DNA of 41,031 nt, taken from NCBI GenBank assembly GCA_001794605.1, contig MGKD01000023.1, forward strand, positions 1 through 41,031. The letters are read 5' to 3'. A program made the translations under genes and the position numbers. Below the pieces are notes generated by a model that was not told the origin of the DNA, did no database searches, and saw only the letters and a program-made list of their open reading frames with translations. The first letter of the stretch is position 1. Every line of letters starts with the position of its first letter. Of this stretch, positions 19,680 through 28,445 are shown in pieces. The stretch comes from Candidatus Yanofskybacteria bacterium RIFCSPHIGHO2_12_FULL_45_19b (GTDB lineage: Bacteria > Patescibacteriota > Minisyncoccia > 2-02-FULL-40-12 > IGHO2-12-FULL-4).

Positions 19680-19755
19680 TGGTGGACCGGCGGGGATTTG
19701 AACCCCGGACCCCTCGGATGCAAACCGAGTGCTCTGGCCGCTGAGCTACCGGCCC
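19680..19755 (-). tRNA. tRNA-Ala(TGC)
   Basis: ctcgg-ttTGCat-ccgag, G3-U70 pair, encoded CCA. Confidence 0.96.
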
Positions 19756-19877
19756 GCCTACATTAAAATTACGGCGTGGCAAAGCTCGACAAAAATAAAG
19801 CGTCTTAACGCTTTATTTTTTTACCATATTTTTAGACAATTGGGAAAGCTAAAGCTGAGAATAAAGATAACCTCTTT

Positions 19878-20081
19878 ACTGCCGACATTGCTACTGCCGA
19901 GCTTGCGCACTAAGTAAGGCGTATCACCGGAAGACTGGGATAGAAGGTGCGGGGAATAAAGTAATCAATCATAATGCCGATATTGCAAGCCGTAGTTGAT
20001 CCAACCTCGGTAGTCTGATAACCAAAAGACTGTGACGAGGGGATAGATTTCAACCAAAGGGACAATGTCGGCACTGGGACG
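19878..20081. repeat. TIR hairpin element type D directly after the LOG stop codon
   Basis: tgccgacattg ... caatgtcggcactgggacg; 20040-20081 matches 17668-17710. Confidence 0.85.
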
Positions 20082-20822
20082 CTAAAACTCCCTGCGTTCA
20101 GGTGAGTGCTTGATAATTTGATAGGCATCCTCAGCGCTATTTACCACGCGATAGATCTGCATATCCTCCGAATCAATTGCCCGCTTGTTTTCATAAACCT
20201 CCTGCTTAATCCAATTTAATAATGGACGCCAGTATGTCTCGCCCACTAAAATAATCGGCGTAGCTGGAATTTTTTTACACTGTACCAGAGTGATCAACTC
20301 AAACACCTCGTCGAGCGTGCCAAAGCCACCCGGGAAATAAACATAGGCCTGCGCATAATAAGACAGCATCACCTTGCGCACAAAAAAATAGTGGAAAGAA
20401 ATAGCCTTGTCAACAAAACGATTGATACGTTGCTCGAATGGCAATTTAATATTCAGTCCGATTGAATCACCCACCTTGTCTTTATTAGGGTCAGCGGTTT
20501 CAATTCGTGCCTCCACCGCACCACGATTGCCTGCCTCCATAATACCAGGACCACCACCCGTGATAACCGAGTAACCATCTTTGGCCAATAGGTAGCCCAG
20601 GCGACGAGATTCTTCGTACCACTCATCACCACTAACACAACGCGCCGAACCAAAAAAAGTTACGGTACGTTTAAGATCAGCCATAAACTGCCAACCATCA
20701 ATGAACTCCGCCATGATACGAAAAATCCGCCAATGAAAAGATTGGCGCCAATCCTCAACTGGAGTTTTTTTCTCTGCTACCGGGAGCTTTGAGGCCGGTA
20801 GATTATACGACTCCTTGTGCAT
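20082..20822 (-). CDS. LOG family (TIGR00730-type) Rossmann-fold protein
   Basis: TGGGPGIMEA and PGGFGTLDE motifs. Confidence 0.95.
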   Translation of the reverse strand: MHKESYNLPASKLPVAEKKTPVEDWRQSFHWRIFRIMAEFIDGWQFMADLKRTVTFFGSARCVSGDEWYEESRRLGYLLAKDGYSVITGGGPGIMEAGNRGAVEARIETADPNKDKVGDSIGLNIKLPFEQRINRFVDKAISFHYFFVRKVMLSYYAQAYVYFPGGFGTLDEVFELITLVQCKKIPATPIILVGETYWRPLLNWIKQEVYENKRAIDSEDMQIYRVVNSAEDAYQIIKHSPERREF

Positions 20823-20871
20823 TAAATAATTTTACCACTTTTTTAAAAAGTAGCGAAGAGAAAAAACTATC

Positions 20872-20946
20872 TGGTGGGTGTGGGAGGGATCGAACCTCCG
20901 ACCTCGTCATTATCAGTGACGCGTTCTACCACTGAACTACACACCC
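20872..20946 (-). tRNA. tRNA-Ile(GAT)
   Basis: cgtca-ctGATaa-tgacg, encoded CCA. Confidence 0.96.
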
Positions 20947-21162
20947 GCTTATAACTACTGTCTACTTTTAAAAACTAAGAAGGAAAATTACTTTCCTACA
21001 AAGAAGCTCGCCCGCCGAAGCTTTAGCGTAGGCGCGAACTACACACCCGGGCACTATACCAAAAAGTCGTCTCACTCTTTACAAATTAAGGCAATTTTGA
21101 TACAATATCGGAAATCAGCGGATCGTCCTAACGCTCCGCAACCAATCAATACTAAAGGAGAA

Positions 21163-21711
21163 ATGGATAAAAATCAACTATTAAAAGACCTGAATAAACG
21201 CGCTAGTGCCAAGTTCAAGGGCGAAAGGCTGCTTTTTGGCCAGGGCAATTTAAATGCCAGTGTGGTAGTAGTGGCTGAATTCCCGGTCAGCGAAGAGGTC
21301 CATGCCGAGACTCCCCTCGCTGGTCCAGCTGGTAAAATTTTTAATCAAGCCCTACGTGGTTTGGGTTTGTCACGCCGTCAGCTCTACATTACTTATGCCG
21401 TAAAAAGTGCCCCGGCACCTGGAGTCATTCCTAGCCCAAAGGAGGTTAAGCAATTCTCACAATTTCTTAAAGAGGAGATAAAAATTATTGATCCTAAATT
21501 AACCATCGCCTTAGGTAGTGTAGCTCTGCGTGGTTTAAGCGTAAAACTTCCGCTCTTCAACATCCGTGGTCGCTTAATCCGTTTTGGCATCAACTCACTT
21601 TTTGCCACCCACAACCCCGCTACCATCTTAAAAAGCGATGCCCAAAAATTAGAATTTGAGAAAGATTTCGGAAAATTAAATGAGGCACTCGCCTCCATCT
21701 CACTAGCTTAA
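21163..21711 (+). CDS. family-4 uracil-DNA glycosylase-like protein with degenerate motifs
   Basis: FGQGNLNA, GPAGKIF, LYITYAVK, EEIKIIDPK, ALG and THNPA pattern; GGAG SD before the ATG. Confidence 0.8.
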   Translation: MDKNQLLKDLNKRASAKFKGERLLFGQGNLNASVVVVAEFPVSEEVHAETPLAGPAGKIFNQALRGLGLSRRQLYITYAVKSAPAPGVIPSPKEVKQFSQFLKEEIKIIDPKLTIALGSVALRGLSVKLPLFNIRGRLIRFGINSLFATHNPATILKSDAQKLEFEKDFGKLNEALASISLA

Positions 21712-21723
21712 AGTTTGGGACGA

Positions 21724-22764
21724 CTAGCCGCCTCCACTCTTACCGAGCGCATCGATCAAGCTCATAATTAGGCTGACAAAACCCTTACCAATAATTAACA
21801 CCCCCAGCCCAAGCACGGAATAAAATATCCCCATGCGGGCTTTTTTGGTTTTGCTAACATCCCCACCTGAGGTCATATATAAGAAACCGTTGTAGACAAT
21901 AAGGATCACTGCCAACATGGTGCCCAGTTGAAAAACAAAGTTAGCCAAAGAGGCTAACATGTCAGAAATATTAGTCCAGCTATTAGGCGGATTGATTTTA
22001 AAACCAAAGTCTAATCCTTTAACATTAATATCACCATCTGGAGCGGTCGGGGCATTAGCCCCACTAGCAGACAAGCCGCACTGAGTTGTTGAAACTGTGT
22101 AGCAACTATATTTCACACAACCGTTATCTAGTGGCATGGCCGTATCTGGAGCCGCCATTGGAGCATGCGCGCAATCGCCCTTATCAGCATACGCCTTGGT
22201 ATTTGGAATACAGAAATTCTTCCCCTTTGCATCGGCATAGGCACATGATTTTTCGCTCGCGTCATCACCGACAATGATCAATTGCACCTCGGGGACAGTT
22301 GAAGTAGGTGCAGAATATAGATTATTGCCGATAGTACCCTCTATCAACAATTTAACCTTAACCATCTGTCCAGGAGCCGCTTCGGAGAAGTTACTATAAA
22401 GCGACTGTACGGGAATTTTTTCCTCTAGGTTCTCCCACTGGTTGACCACCAACTTCTGGTGCGAGAAAGGGAACTCTTTAATATCCCGGGCGCGCCAGGG
22501 TGGTTTAATCCATTCAGCACTGAGATCAAATACTAGCGGAGTATCTAGACAAGTTTGGCTGCTATCCTTCCAACGAAAACGAGCAGACACGGTAAAGCTA
22601 CTGTTGATGCCAACCGATTTTGGATTTATATCAAATACAACATCGTATTTACTAGGATCCTGACATTCGCTGGCAATTGCCCGTACAGACTGGGTTGGCA
22701 ACAAAAAAATACTTGCAGAGAGAACAATTAAAAATACCCCTAATTTGAAAAACACTTGTTTCAT
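21724..22764 (-). CDS. CPR-type pilin (TrbC/VirB2-like C-terminus) with a large Cys-containing extracellular domain
   Basis: Signal peptide and C-terminal IVYNGFLYMTSGGD..K..KAR..I.Y..LGL pattern. Confidence 0.8.
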   Translation of the reverse strand: MKQVFFKLGVFLIVLSASIFLLPTQSVRAIASECQDPSKYDVVFDINPKSVGINSSFTVSARFRWKDSSQTCLDTPLVFDLSAEWIKPPWRARDIKEFPFSHQKLVVNQWENLEEKIPVQSLYSNFSEAAPGQMVKVKLLIEGTIGNNLYSAPTSTVPEVQLIIVGDDASEKSCAYADAKGKNFCIPNTKAYADKGDCAHAPMAAPDTAMPLDNGCVKYSCYTVSTTQCGLSASGANAPTAPDGDINVKGLDFGFKINPPNSWTNISDMLASLANFVFQLGTMLAVILIVYNGFLYMTSGGDVSKTKKARMGIFYSVLGLGVLIIGKGFVSLIMSLIDALGKSGGG

Positions 22765-22784
22765 ATTTTAATACTCCCATTATA

Positions 22785-23759
22785 TCAGCTTTTTCGCTTC
22801 AACACCTTTTTAACTGCTGTAATGATACCTTTTACCCCCATGCCAAAATACTCAATCAACTCTTCGGGTTTGCCGGATTCGCCGAAGTGATCATGCATAC
22901 CAATAAATTCTTGTGGCGTTGGCAGGTTGGCTACCAGTAATTCGGCAATGGTTGAGCCAAGCCCGCCCGCGATTTGATGTTCCTCCACACTCACCACTGC
23001 GCCAGTTTTTTTAACCGAAGTCAGAATGGTTTTTGCATCTAGTGGTTTAACGGTGTGTGAGTTGATCACCTCGCACTCGATTCCTTCTTTGGCCAGCTCC
23101 TCGGCCGCCAACAATGCATTATATAAAAGTAGCCCGCAACCAATAATTGAACAGTCTGCCCCTTGCCCTGAGCTCGCCGAAGGGTTGCGCAAAATCTCGG
23201 CTCTACCAATTTCAAAAGGTGAAGCTTCGTTGGTAATTATCGCCGATTTTTCTCGGGTGAAACGCAAATAGGTTGGCTGATTATTTTTTGCGGCCGCTAC
23301 TGTGGCCTTGCGCGCCTCAATCGCATCACACGGTACCACTACTACTATATTCGGCAAAACCCGCATCATGGCAATATCTTCTAATGCCTGGTGGGTCGCC
23401 CCATCCGGGCCAACTGAAACTCCGGCATGATGTCCAGCAATTTTTACTGGCAAATTATTTAAAGCAATGGTGGTGCGAATCTGTTCCCAATTACGCCCGG
23501 GCGAAAAGGTGGCATAACTGGATATGAACGGAATCTTTCCATAATTAGCTAAGCCGGCCGCGACAGTCGCCATATTTTGCTCGGCTACCCCCATTTCAAT
23601 AAATCTTTCGGGGAATCTTTCCTTGAAAGCCGTGGCCCGCGTGGAATCCACTAAATCAGCCGATAGCACCACCACGCGTTCATCTTGTTCACCTGCCAAT
23701 ACTAAACCCTCGCCATAACCATCGCGAATTGAAACTAGTTTTTTGCTCTGATCAATCAT
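22785..23759 (-). CDS. tktB: transketolase, C-terminal (pyrimidine-binding) subunit
   Basis: GVAEQNM, DGATHQALED, VEEHQ..GGLG motifs. Confidence 0.93.
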   Translation of the reverse strand: MIDQSKKLVSIRDGYGEGLVLAGEQDERVVVLSADLVDSTRATAFKERFPERFIEMGVAEQNMATVAAGLANYGKIPFISSYATFSPGRNWEQIRTTIALNNLPVKIAGHHAGVSVGPDGATHQALEDIAMMRVLPNIVVVVPCDAIEARKATVAAAKNNQPTYLRFTREKSAIITNEASPFEIGRAEILRNPSASSGQGADCSIIGCGLLLYNALLAAEELAKEGIECEVINSHTVKPLDAKTILTSVKKTGAVVSVEEHQIAGGLGSTIAELLVANLPTPQEFIGMHDHFGESGKPEELIEYFGMGVKGIITAVKKVLKRKS

Positions 23760-23773
23760 ACCGATGAACCAAA

Positions 23774-24022
23774 CTACATGCGACGTGGGCTTGCCTGGTT
23801 ACCTCCCCCAAACATATTTCTAAAAAAATCGACGAAAAAACTATTTCGACCGGTATTATTAGACCAGTTGACGGGGCCGGAGCCTAACCCACGATTAGAC
23901 GCCTGGGAAGTACTTGGATTAACTGCTACTCGAGTAGATAGATAGCCCCACAAGAAAACGAGTGCTAAAATAACACAGAAGGTGACTACTACTGTGACAA
24001 TAACTGTTTTTGATTTATTCAT
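23774..24022 (-). CDS. small single-TM hypothetical protein
   Basis: ORF with a hydrophobic helix; AGGAAGG SD before MNMNK. Confidence 0.6.
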   Translation of the reverse strand: MNKSKTVIVTVVVTFCVILALVFLWGYLSTRVAVNPSTSQASNRGLGSGPVNWSNNTGRNSFFVDFFRNMFGGGNQASPRRM

Positions 24023-24095
24023 GTTTAACCTTCCTATCGCTGGCAGAACCATCTTCACCTAGAGCCAAAGGAAGACGGCCCTGCCAATTGAGACA

Positions 24096-24341
24096 TTAAT
24101 TTTTTTTCTGATCAACTGGGCAGGTGCCACAGCAGGCATTACCACAACAGCAACGACAAGCTGAAGTACCCAAGCCAATTAAAGCTAAAATAACCGTGAT
24201 TTGGAACATATTCTCATAATCCATCCCCCATAGAGTATTGCCAGTATAAACCACGTACACAAAACCAATGGCAGTCAAAATTACTAACCAACTAACCACC
24301 ATGCGAAAACCATGGTGAAAACATTTACAACCGTTATGCAT
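24096..24341 (-). CDS. small two-TM Cys-rich hypothetical protein
   Basis: CKCFHH N-terminus, CRCCCGNACCGTC C-terminus, SD-like GGGGGGTG. Confidence 0.7.
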   Translation of the reverse strand: MHNGCKCFHHGFRMVVSWLVILTAIGFVYVVYTGNTLWGMDYENMFQITVILALIGLGTSACRCCCGNACCGTCPVDQKKN

Positions 24342-24391
24342 AAAGACACCCCCCTTCTTCGCCTCGCCGAAAGGCGGACTTTTTTATTTTT

Positions 24392-25294
24392 TTATTCATC
24401 GTTATTTATTTTACCACGTAATGTTCTCAATTCACTCAGGAATTTTTTGGCTTCTTCTGGCTTGGGCACCATGCCATGCCAAGTATAGTTAAACTCAATC
24501 TCTGAAACTCCTTTACCCGGGATAGTATGAGCAATGATCACCGTTGGTCGACTAACCTCCTCCCGCGTTCGTTCTACTGCCCCAACGATCTCACTAAAAT
24601 CATGCCCATTGATTTCTAGCACCTGCCAATTAAAGGCCTCATATTTTTTGGCTAGGGATTCCAATGGCATAACTTCCTCGGTTGAGCCATCAATTTGAAT
24701 ATAATTACGATCTACTAGTGCGGTCAGATTGGCTAGCTTGTTTTTGCCGGCAAACATTACTGACTCCCAGTGATTACCTTCCTGGTGTTCAGCATCGGAC
24801 AAAAAGCAATAGGTTCGCCATTTTACTTGTGCTGCCTTCGTCCCGAGCTCAGGCCGAGGGGAGCGTGCCGAAGCATCCATCCTGGCGCCATAAGCAATAC
24901 CACAAGCCTGGCCCAGACCGGAACCGAGTGGGCCCGAGGTAGTTTCCAGTCCGGGCAAGCGCAAACGCTCTGGATGCCCTTGCAAACGTGAACCGAATTT
25001 ACGCAGAGTCAACAACTCTTCCACTGGAAAATACCCAGCATGCGCCATGGCCGCATAACGTACTGGCACAATATGACCATTAGACAAAATCAAACGGTCC
25101 CGTCCGGCCCAGTTTGGATTGCTGGGATCATGATCAAGGATATAAAAATAAAAGGCAGTGAAAACGTCCGCCATGCCCAGTGGCCCAGCCGTATGCCCGG
25201 AACCAGCCGCCACCAACATCTCAATAATTGACTGCCGAATAGCGTTAGCTTTTAATTCCAGCTCCTTAATTTTGTCCGGATGTAGTGGATGCAT
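24392..25294 (-). CDS. tktA: transketolase, N-terminal (TPP-binding) subunit
   Basis: GSGH, RDRLILSNGH, LQGHP, SGPLGSG, HTIPGKG motifs. Confidence 0.93.
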   Translation of the reverse strand: MHPLHPDKIKELELKANAIRQSIIEMLVAAGSGHTAGPLGMADVFTAFYFYILDHDPSNPNWAGRDRLILSNGHIVPVRYAAMAHAGYFPVEELLTLRKFGSRLQGHPERLRLPGLETTSGPLGSGLGQACGIAYGARMDASARSPRPELGTKAAQVKWRTYCFLSDAEHQEGNHWESVMFAGKNKLANLTALVDRNYIQIDGSTEEVMPLESLAKKYEAFNWQVLEINGHDFSEIVGAVERTREEVSRPTVIIAHTIPGKGVSEIEFNYTWHGMVPKPEEAKKFLSELRTLRGKINNDE

Positions 25295-25309
25295 GAAACA
25301 TAAACCAAA

Positions 25310-25407
25310 ATGGCTAATGACAAATGACTAATCAATGGCAAAGCCCAAATGCTAAATTAGGATTTTGACATTTGGATTTCATTAGTCATTTGCAAATTTG
25401 TCATTGA
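25310..25407. repeat. 7-nt-periodic hairpin (aatgaca/tagtcat family)
   Basis: Similar to 26085-26151 and 38428-38541. Confidence 0.75.
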
Positions 25408-25409
25408 TC

Positions 25410-26072
25410 TCATTTGATCTGTATCTGCAAAATGGTGGCATAAGCAATCGCCACCCCAGCAATCACTGCCAGAGCACCGATTAACCACCAATACTTGGTA
25501 CGGGCCTTGGAAACCAAAACAAATTTATTATCAAAGTTGTCGATAAAGCCGGCCACTTTTTTGTCGAGTAGGTCGGGCTGACTAGCACTGACTTGGCGCG
25601 GGACACTTTTATCTGCCATGAAACGTACCAAATCAAAACGACTGACAATTCCCACCAACTCTTTGTTGAAACCAACTACCGGAATTGGGTTAACTTTATG
25701 GTGCTCGGCAAATAGCTCTGCCAGAGTAGCAATAGGGGCTTCTTCTGGTACCGTCATTGGCTCCTTGTTCATAATCTGCCCCACTGTTAATAATAACAAC
25801 TGCTTCAAATCGTCCTTAACCAGTGCATTATCTTTTTTATAGAAATCAATATTACCCAAAATGTTAATCAGAGTGGGCAGGTGTAAATTACGATTACTAG
25901 AAATTAAATCGTACTCCGTGACAATACCAATCAATTCACCATTATCGTCCACTACTGGCAAACCATTAAATCCATGTTCGGCTAAAATTTTAGCCGCATA
26001 GACTACCGAATCGCCCACTTTCACGGTGAGCGGATGCTCAGTCATAATGTCTTTAACATAAAGTTTTTGCAT
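25410..26072 (-). CDS. CBS-domain pair protein with C-terminal TM helix
   Basis: VKDIMT, LPVVD..G.LIGIVTEYDL, IPVV...LVGIVSRFDL motifs. Confidence 0.9.
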   Translation of the reverse strand: MQKLYVKDIMTEHPLTVKVGDSVVYAAKILAEHGFNGLPVVDDNGELIGIVTEYDLISSNRNLHLPTLINILGNIDFYKKDNALVKDDLKQLLLLTVGQIMNKEPMTVPEEAPIATLAELFAEHHKVNPIPVVGFNKELVGIVSRFDLVRFMADKSVPRQVSASQPDLLDKKVAGFIDNFDNKFVLVSKARTKYWWLIGALAVIAGVAIAYATILQIQIK

Positions 26073-26084
26073 AAAAAAGTTTAA

Positions 26085-26151
26085 TGGCTAATGACAACTC
26101 ATAATTTAGATTTGGGTTTAGTCATTGATTAGTCATTAGGCATTTGTCATT
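26085..26151. repeat. 7-nt-periodic hairpin (aatgaca/tagtcat family)
   Basis: tggctaatgacaa ... ttagtcattgattagtcattaggcatttgtcatt. Confidence 0.75.
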
Positions 26152-27184
26152 CAAGTAGCTCCGCTACTCTTTCCACATGCTTCAGCAACATCGCACAATA
26201 GCCCCACTCATTATCGTACCAGCTAAATACCTTGATCAAATCCCCGCCCACCACCTTGGTTAGGGCCAGATCAACAATCGAGCCATGTGGATTACCCAGA
26301 ATATCACTCGAGACCAATGGTTCATCGGTGGTCATTAAAATTCCCTGCCACTCCGGTTGCGCCGCCGCCATGCGAAAAAGCTGATTAACCTCTTCAACAC
26401 TAGTGGATCGTTCGGAGACAAAAGTAAAATCAATTAGTGAACCGGAAATTACTGGCACCCGAATGGCCAAGCCATCAAATTTATTTAAAAGTTCCGGAAT
26501 CGAGCGGGTAGTCGCCTGCGCCGCTCCGGTAGTCGAGGGCACAATGTTTACTGCTGCCGCGCGGGCCCGGCGAAAATCATCTTTACGATCGGGGCCATCA
26601 ACCAACCCCTGAGTTGCGGTATAACCATGCACAGTAGTGAGTACGGCCTTTTTTATACCAAGATTTTTTAACATTATTACTACCACTGGGTTGGTAGCAT
26701 TGGTAGTACAAGAGGCATTGGAAGTAATCGCCCCAGTGCCGATATTATCTTTTGTTGAATCCATCCCTCCCGACATTGCACCAATCCCTGGTGTTATCAC
26801 TGGTGTTATATCATCCTTCGGTGGCGCCGTAATCACCACCCGCTTTGCTCCGGCCTTAATATGTCCTCTTGCCTTATCACTCGAATCAAACACCCCAGTT
26901 GCCTCCACCACAATATCGACTGACAATTGCTTCCAAGGTAAATCAGCCAGTTCCTTAAATCCAAAAACTGGAATAGTTTGACCATCTACTACTAGCGCGT
27001 CCTTTTTGGCCACTACCGTTCGGCCGTACTCTCGGTAAACCGAATCGTGTTTCAATAAATAAGCGAGATTTTCGGCGCTACCAAGATCGTTAACCGCCAC
27101 GATTTCTAAATCCGGCCGACCAAAAGCCTGACGAAAAAATATTCGCCCAATTCGGCCGAAGCCATTGATAGCAATTCTGGTCAT
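26147..27184 (-). CDS. gap: type I glyceraldehyde-3-phosphate dehydrogenase
   Basis: INGFGRIGR, SNASCTTN, WYDNEWGY motifs. Confidence 0.98.
   Translation of the reverse strand: MTRIAINGFGRIGRIFFRQAFGRPDLEIVAVNDLGSAENLAYLLKHDSVYREYGRTVVAKKDALVVDGQTIPVFGFKELADLPWKQLSVDIVVEATGVFDSSDKARGHIKAGAKRVVITAPPKDDITPVITPGIGAMSGGMDSTKDNIGTGAITSNASCTTNATNPVVVIMLKNLGIKKAVLTTVHGYTATQGLVDGPDRKDDFRRARAAAVNIVPSTTGAAQATTRSIPELLNKFDGLAIRVPVISGSLIDFTFVSERSTSVEEVNQLFRMAAAQPEWQGILMTTDEPLVSSDILGNPHGSIVDLALTKVVGGDLIKVFSWYDNEWGYCAMLLKHVERVAELLE
26729..26779. repeat. fragment of TIR element type D in-frame within gap
   Basis: cgccccagtgccgatattatcttttgttgaatccatccctcccga matches the reverse complement of 17661-17710. 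Confidence 0.85.
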
Positions 27185-27195
27185 CTACCCTAATT

Positions 27196-27858
27196 TTACA
27201 ACAATTTACTAGTCAGAGTAAATGAACGACGGTGGATTAGCGATGGGCCAATGGTTGTCAACCACGCAAAATGCTCTTTAGTGCCATAACCTTTGTGTTT
27301 GGCAAAACCATATTGTGGATAAGTCTTGGCATATCTAATCATTATTTGATCACGACAAACTTTAGCAATGATTGAGGCACAGGCAATAGTAAAAACTTTT
27401 TGATCACCCCCGATGATTGTCCGCTGAGGAAGTTTAAGTTTTGGAATTAACCTATTACCATCAACCAAAACAATAGAATTACTTTTTTTGTCTAGCTTTA
27501 TTCTTAATTCATGATTCATCATTCTACTTACTGCCCGGCGCATGGCGCCCTGGGCGGCCAGCAAAATATTAATCCGGTCAATTGTCGCTGGCGAAGCCGA
27601 GGCAATTTGAAAAGTAACCCGCGGATCATTCCGGAGCGCGAGCGCAATGCGCTCGCGCTCCGCGGCTGTCAGCTGCTTTGAATCCCTCACCCCTAATTTT
27701 AGTAATGCATCATTTTTCTTTACCCGCTTCCAGTCGATCATCAGCGCGCACACCACCACTGGCCCAGCCAGCGCGCCATAACCTACCTCATCCACGCCAA
27801 TGATGTTTTTGTAGCCCACTTGTAGCATTTTATGCTCTAAGTTTTTTGTAGGAAACAT
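27196..27858 (-). CDS. rnhB: ribonuclease HII
   Basis: GVDEVG.GALAGPV, DSK, VDGN, ASIIAKV.RD, HKGYGT motifs. Confidence 0.96.
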   Translation of the reverse strand: MFPTKNLEHKMLQVGYKNIIGVDEVGYGALAGPVVVCALMIDWKRVKKNDALLKLGVRDSKQLTAAERERIALALRNDPRVTFQIASASPATIDRINILLAAQGAMRRAVSRMMNHELRIKLDKKSNSIVLVDGNRLIPKLKLPQRTIIGGDQKVFTIACASIIAKVCRDQIMIRYAKTYPQYGFAKHKGYGTKEHFAWLTTIGPSLIHRRSFTLTSKLL

Positions 27859-27928
27859 GAGAGTAAATTTTCCATTTACCAATTTCCATTGACTGTACCA
27901 TTTGCACATTGATACATTTCAGAAAATG

Positions 27929-28420
27929 TTAATTGTTAAATGATTTCTCAATAATTTGATAAAGTACCACACCGGTTGCCACCGCCACGTTTAGTGACTC
28001 TTTTTTACCGAACATCGGAATTTCTATAATCTCGTCCGCATATTTTAAAATATTTTTGGTTAGGCCCCTACGTTCATGCCCCACGACTATTGCCAAACTC
28101 TCACCGGACAGAGCACCGAAATTATAAGCAAATAAATTTTTACTCTTACTATCCAGCTCCAGGGCGACAATATCTGTTCCCTGTTTTTTCAATTGATTTA
28201 ATAGCCGTCCGGTCTGTCGATGTTTCTCCCAAGACACAAACCCCTCTGCTCCGAGAGCGGTTTTAATTACCTTCGGCTCATCCGGTGTCGGGGTATAACC
28301 ACAGAGATAAATTTTGGCCACGCCCGCTCCATCGGCAGTACGAAAAATCGAACCGACATTATAGGCGCTACGAATATTGTGCAGGACTAAGTAGATGGTT
28401 TTATTGGACTTGCTCAACAT
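27929..28420 (-). CDS. TrmH/SpoU-family RNA methyltransferase
   Basis: NVGSIFRTAD, GHERRG, IPMFGKKESLNVA motifs. Confidence 0.93.
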   Translation of the reverse strand: MLSKSNKTIYLVLHNIRSAYNVGSIFRTADGAGVAKIYLCGYTPTPDEPKVIKTALGAEGFVSWEKHRQTGRLLNQLKKQGTDIVALELDSKSKNLFAYNFGALSGESLAIVVGHERRGLTKNILKYADEIIEIPMFGKKESLNVAVATGVVLYQIIEKSFNN

Positions 28421-28445
28421 AATGGGTAAGTTATAATATCACTAT

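Noticed and set aside
19678-19782. N-terminal extension of the dedA ORF
   Set aside because: It runs through tRNA-Ala; the ATG at 19677 fits the family length.
17578-20128. ORFs 17578-17772, 17621-17842 and 19910-20128
   Set aside because: They are translations of the hairpin element with no independent evidence of coding.
22785-25294. Split transketolase as a pseudogene
   Set aside because: Two-subunit transketolases are well known and both halves are intact.
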